45,267 nt of DNA from Candidatus Rifleibacteriota bacterium (lineage in GTDB: Bacteria; Muiribacteriota; Ozemobacteria; Ozemobacterales; Ozemobacteraceae), in contig JBNJGH010000018.1 in NCBI GenBank assembly GCA_051747585.1, forward strand, positions 1 to 45,267, in the 5' to 3' direction. The position numbers and the translations under genes are program-made. Every line of letters begins with the position of its first letter. The stretch's first letter is position 1. The notes under the pieces were generated by a model that saw only the letters and a list, made by a program, of their open reading frames with translations, was not told the origin of the DNA and did no database searches. Below, piece after piece: positions 44,052 through 45,267 of the stretch.

Positions 44052-44447
44052 CAGCAATTCTTCTTAATTGCAAAACTAAGTGCCGGTTATACGGCACTTA
44101 GTCTTGCAAAATCTTTATTAGTGGGTTTATTTCTTTCTGTCAAATATAGAATTTAACCACGGAGAGCTCAGAGTACACCGAGCTGATTTTAAAATCTTTT
44201 TCAGCCAATGTTCCCAGCAACAACAAGCCCTCAGAAAAACACCAGTGTTTTTCTGAGGGCTTGTTGTTGCTGGGAAAGCCGGGCGGCAAAGCCGCCGGCG
44301 GATTGTCCATTCGGACAATCCATGGCTGAAAAAGATTCTCTGTGATTCTCTGTGAGCTCTGTGGTTATTTTCTTTGCGGCTTTGAGACTTAGTGTGAGGA
44401 ATATTCTTTTCTTATACGACTTGATAGTCGCTGATGGATAATTACTG
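44052..44447 (+). repeat. Nested palindromic element A5 (chimeric ends)
   Basis: Family-A body from ~44126; inner IR 44193-44206 / 44324-44337; perfect 66-bp hairpin 44211-44276; right end ATGGATAATTACTG is family-B type; extra hairpin TTGCAAAACTAAGTGCCG..CGGCACTTAGTCTTGCAA 44068-44109. Confidence 0.9.
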
Positions 44448-44524
44448 ATTGAGCCGGTGAATATTTTGCACTTTATAATAAAAAAGTTATAATAAAAAAA
44501 TAATATGATTTTGGAGAAGTAATT

Positions 44525-45267
44525 TTGAGAAAAACTGCCAAAGCCCTTTGCTTTTTCTGCTGTCTTTTTCTTGCATCAATTTCTTTTGCCGATGTTTCTG
44601 CCAACTCATCAGGTAAATTTGATTTTTCTTCTTTAATGGAGGAAACAGAGAAAATTTTTCCCGAAAAATATGATGAGAAGCTTGCCAAACTATATCGTCC
44701 TGAAGACAGGCTGGTTTTTATTTTTCGCGAAATGACCCTTGCCCACCACAATGAACAGCAGGAAAAAGATGCAGTCCTTAATGACTACCTCAGGAAAGCA
44801 TTGAACCGCTACTGGTTACTTGAAAGCAATGAATTTAAGCATGCTGTTGAATCTGATCCCAAATATTACCTGAAACGAATTGTTAAGTATTTAGAGAAAT
44901 TGCCCAACACTTATGATCAGGCTGCGTTTTCTTTTCTCTTTGCCTATCTTAAAGAAGACTTTCCAAAAACAATCCCATTGGCTGAATCAACATTTACCGC
45001 AGTAAATACCTTAAATGACGACAAGCATTTAAAGGCTTATTGCAAGGCAATTGCCAGAAGCCCTGATTTTTATAAAAGGATTCCGCTTTTTCTCAAGCCT
45101 TTTAAAAAAGTTGAAGACAAAGTTGATGCGCTTATTAACAGACTTCAACAGAAATTCATTCTCGAGAAAATGATTCTAGCACTTGATGCTGTTATTCCAC
45201 AAAAAACAAGTTCAATTCGTTCTGGTTTGCTTAAACTGAAAGAAAAATTATGCGAAAAACTGTTGCA
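44525..45267 (+). CDS. Hypothetical exported protein, truncated by the window end (not in ORF track)
   Basis: GGAG SD then TTG 44525; MRKTAKALCFFCCLFLASISFA|DVSANSSGKFDF...; frame open to the end of the window. Confidence 0.75.
   Translation, partial: MRKTAKALCFFCCLFLASISFADVSANSSGKFDFSSLMEETEKIFPEKYDEKLAKLYRPEDRLVFIFREMTLAHHNEQQEKDAVLNDYLRKALNRYWLLESNEFKHAVESDPKYYLKRIVKYLEKLPNTYDQAAFSFLFAYLKEDFPKTIPLAESTFTAVNTLNDDKHLKAYCKAIARSPDFYKRIPLFLKPFKKVEDKVDALINRLQQKFILEKMILALDAVIPQKTSSIRSGLLKLKEKLCEKLL

Noticed and set aside
4805..44447. CRISPR array or integron attC interpretation of the repeats
   Set aside because: Copies are dispersed singly between housekeeping genes, with no repeat-spacer periodicity, no cas or integrase gene, and no attC-type RYYYAAC/GTTRRRY ends seen.
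462..44751. Numerous 60-140 aa ORFs overlapping or antisense to long genes
   Set aside because: Shadow ORFs of well-supported CDSs, including 44473-44751, which is antisense to the truncated 44525 gene.

Overview
A 45 kb, AT-rich bacterial chromosomal segment with no phage, transposase, CRISPR, rRNA or tRNA that I can see. The left 25 kb is housekeeping: rlmD-type methyltransferase, hybrid histidine kinase, PHP, murJ, a large PpiD/SurA-like chaperone, S4 protein, rsmA, tcdA, tatD, a Firmicute-like yicC-remA-rpoZ-(coaBC remnant)-priA-def-fmt block, rex, STAS, rel and a family-4 UDG. The right 20 kb is a surface-structure region: two giant convergent Ig-repeat lipoproteins, three pilin/pseudopilin-like genes and a secreted transglutaminase-elicitor-type enzyme with a coupled partner. 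This mix suggests a deep-branching lineage such as Ca. Riflebacteria (inference only). The most unusual signal is non-coding. Most large intergenic gaps hold a nested 'Russian-doll' palindromic element from two families (about 370 bp and about 215 bp) with related termini. In both families the inner cassette occurs in either orientation relative to the outer flanks, and the 370-bp family carries a 66-bp hairpin whose arms differ between copies yet stay complementary. Other highlights: rel has no canonical start codon for its conserved N-terminus (probable ATT start), gmk is cleanly missing, coaBC looks degenerate, a tiny secreted Cys/Asp/His peptide has its own transcription unit, and three genes look leaderless.
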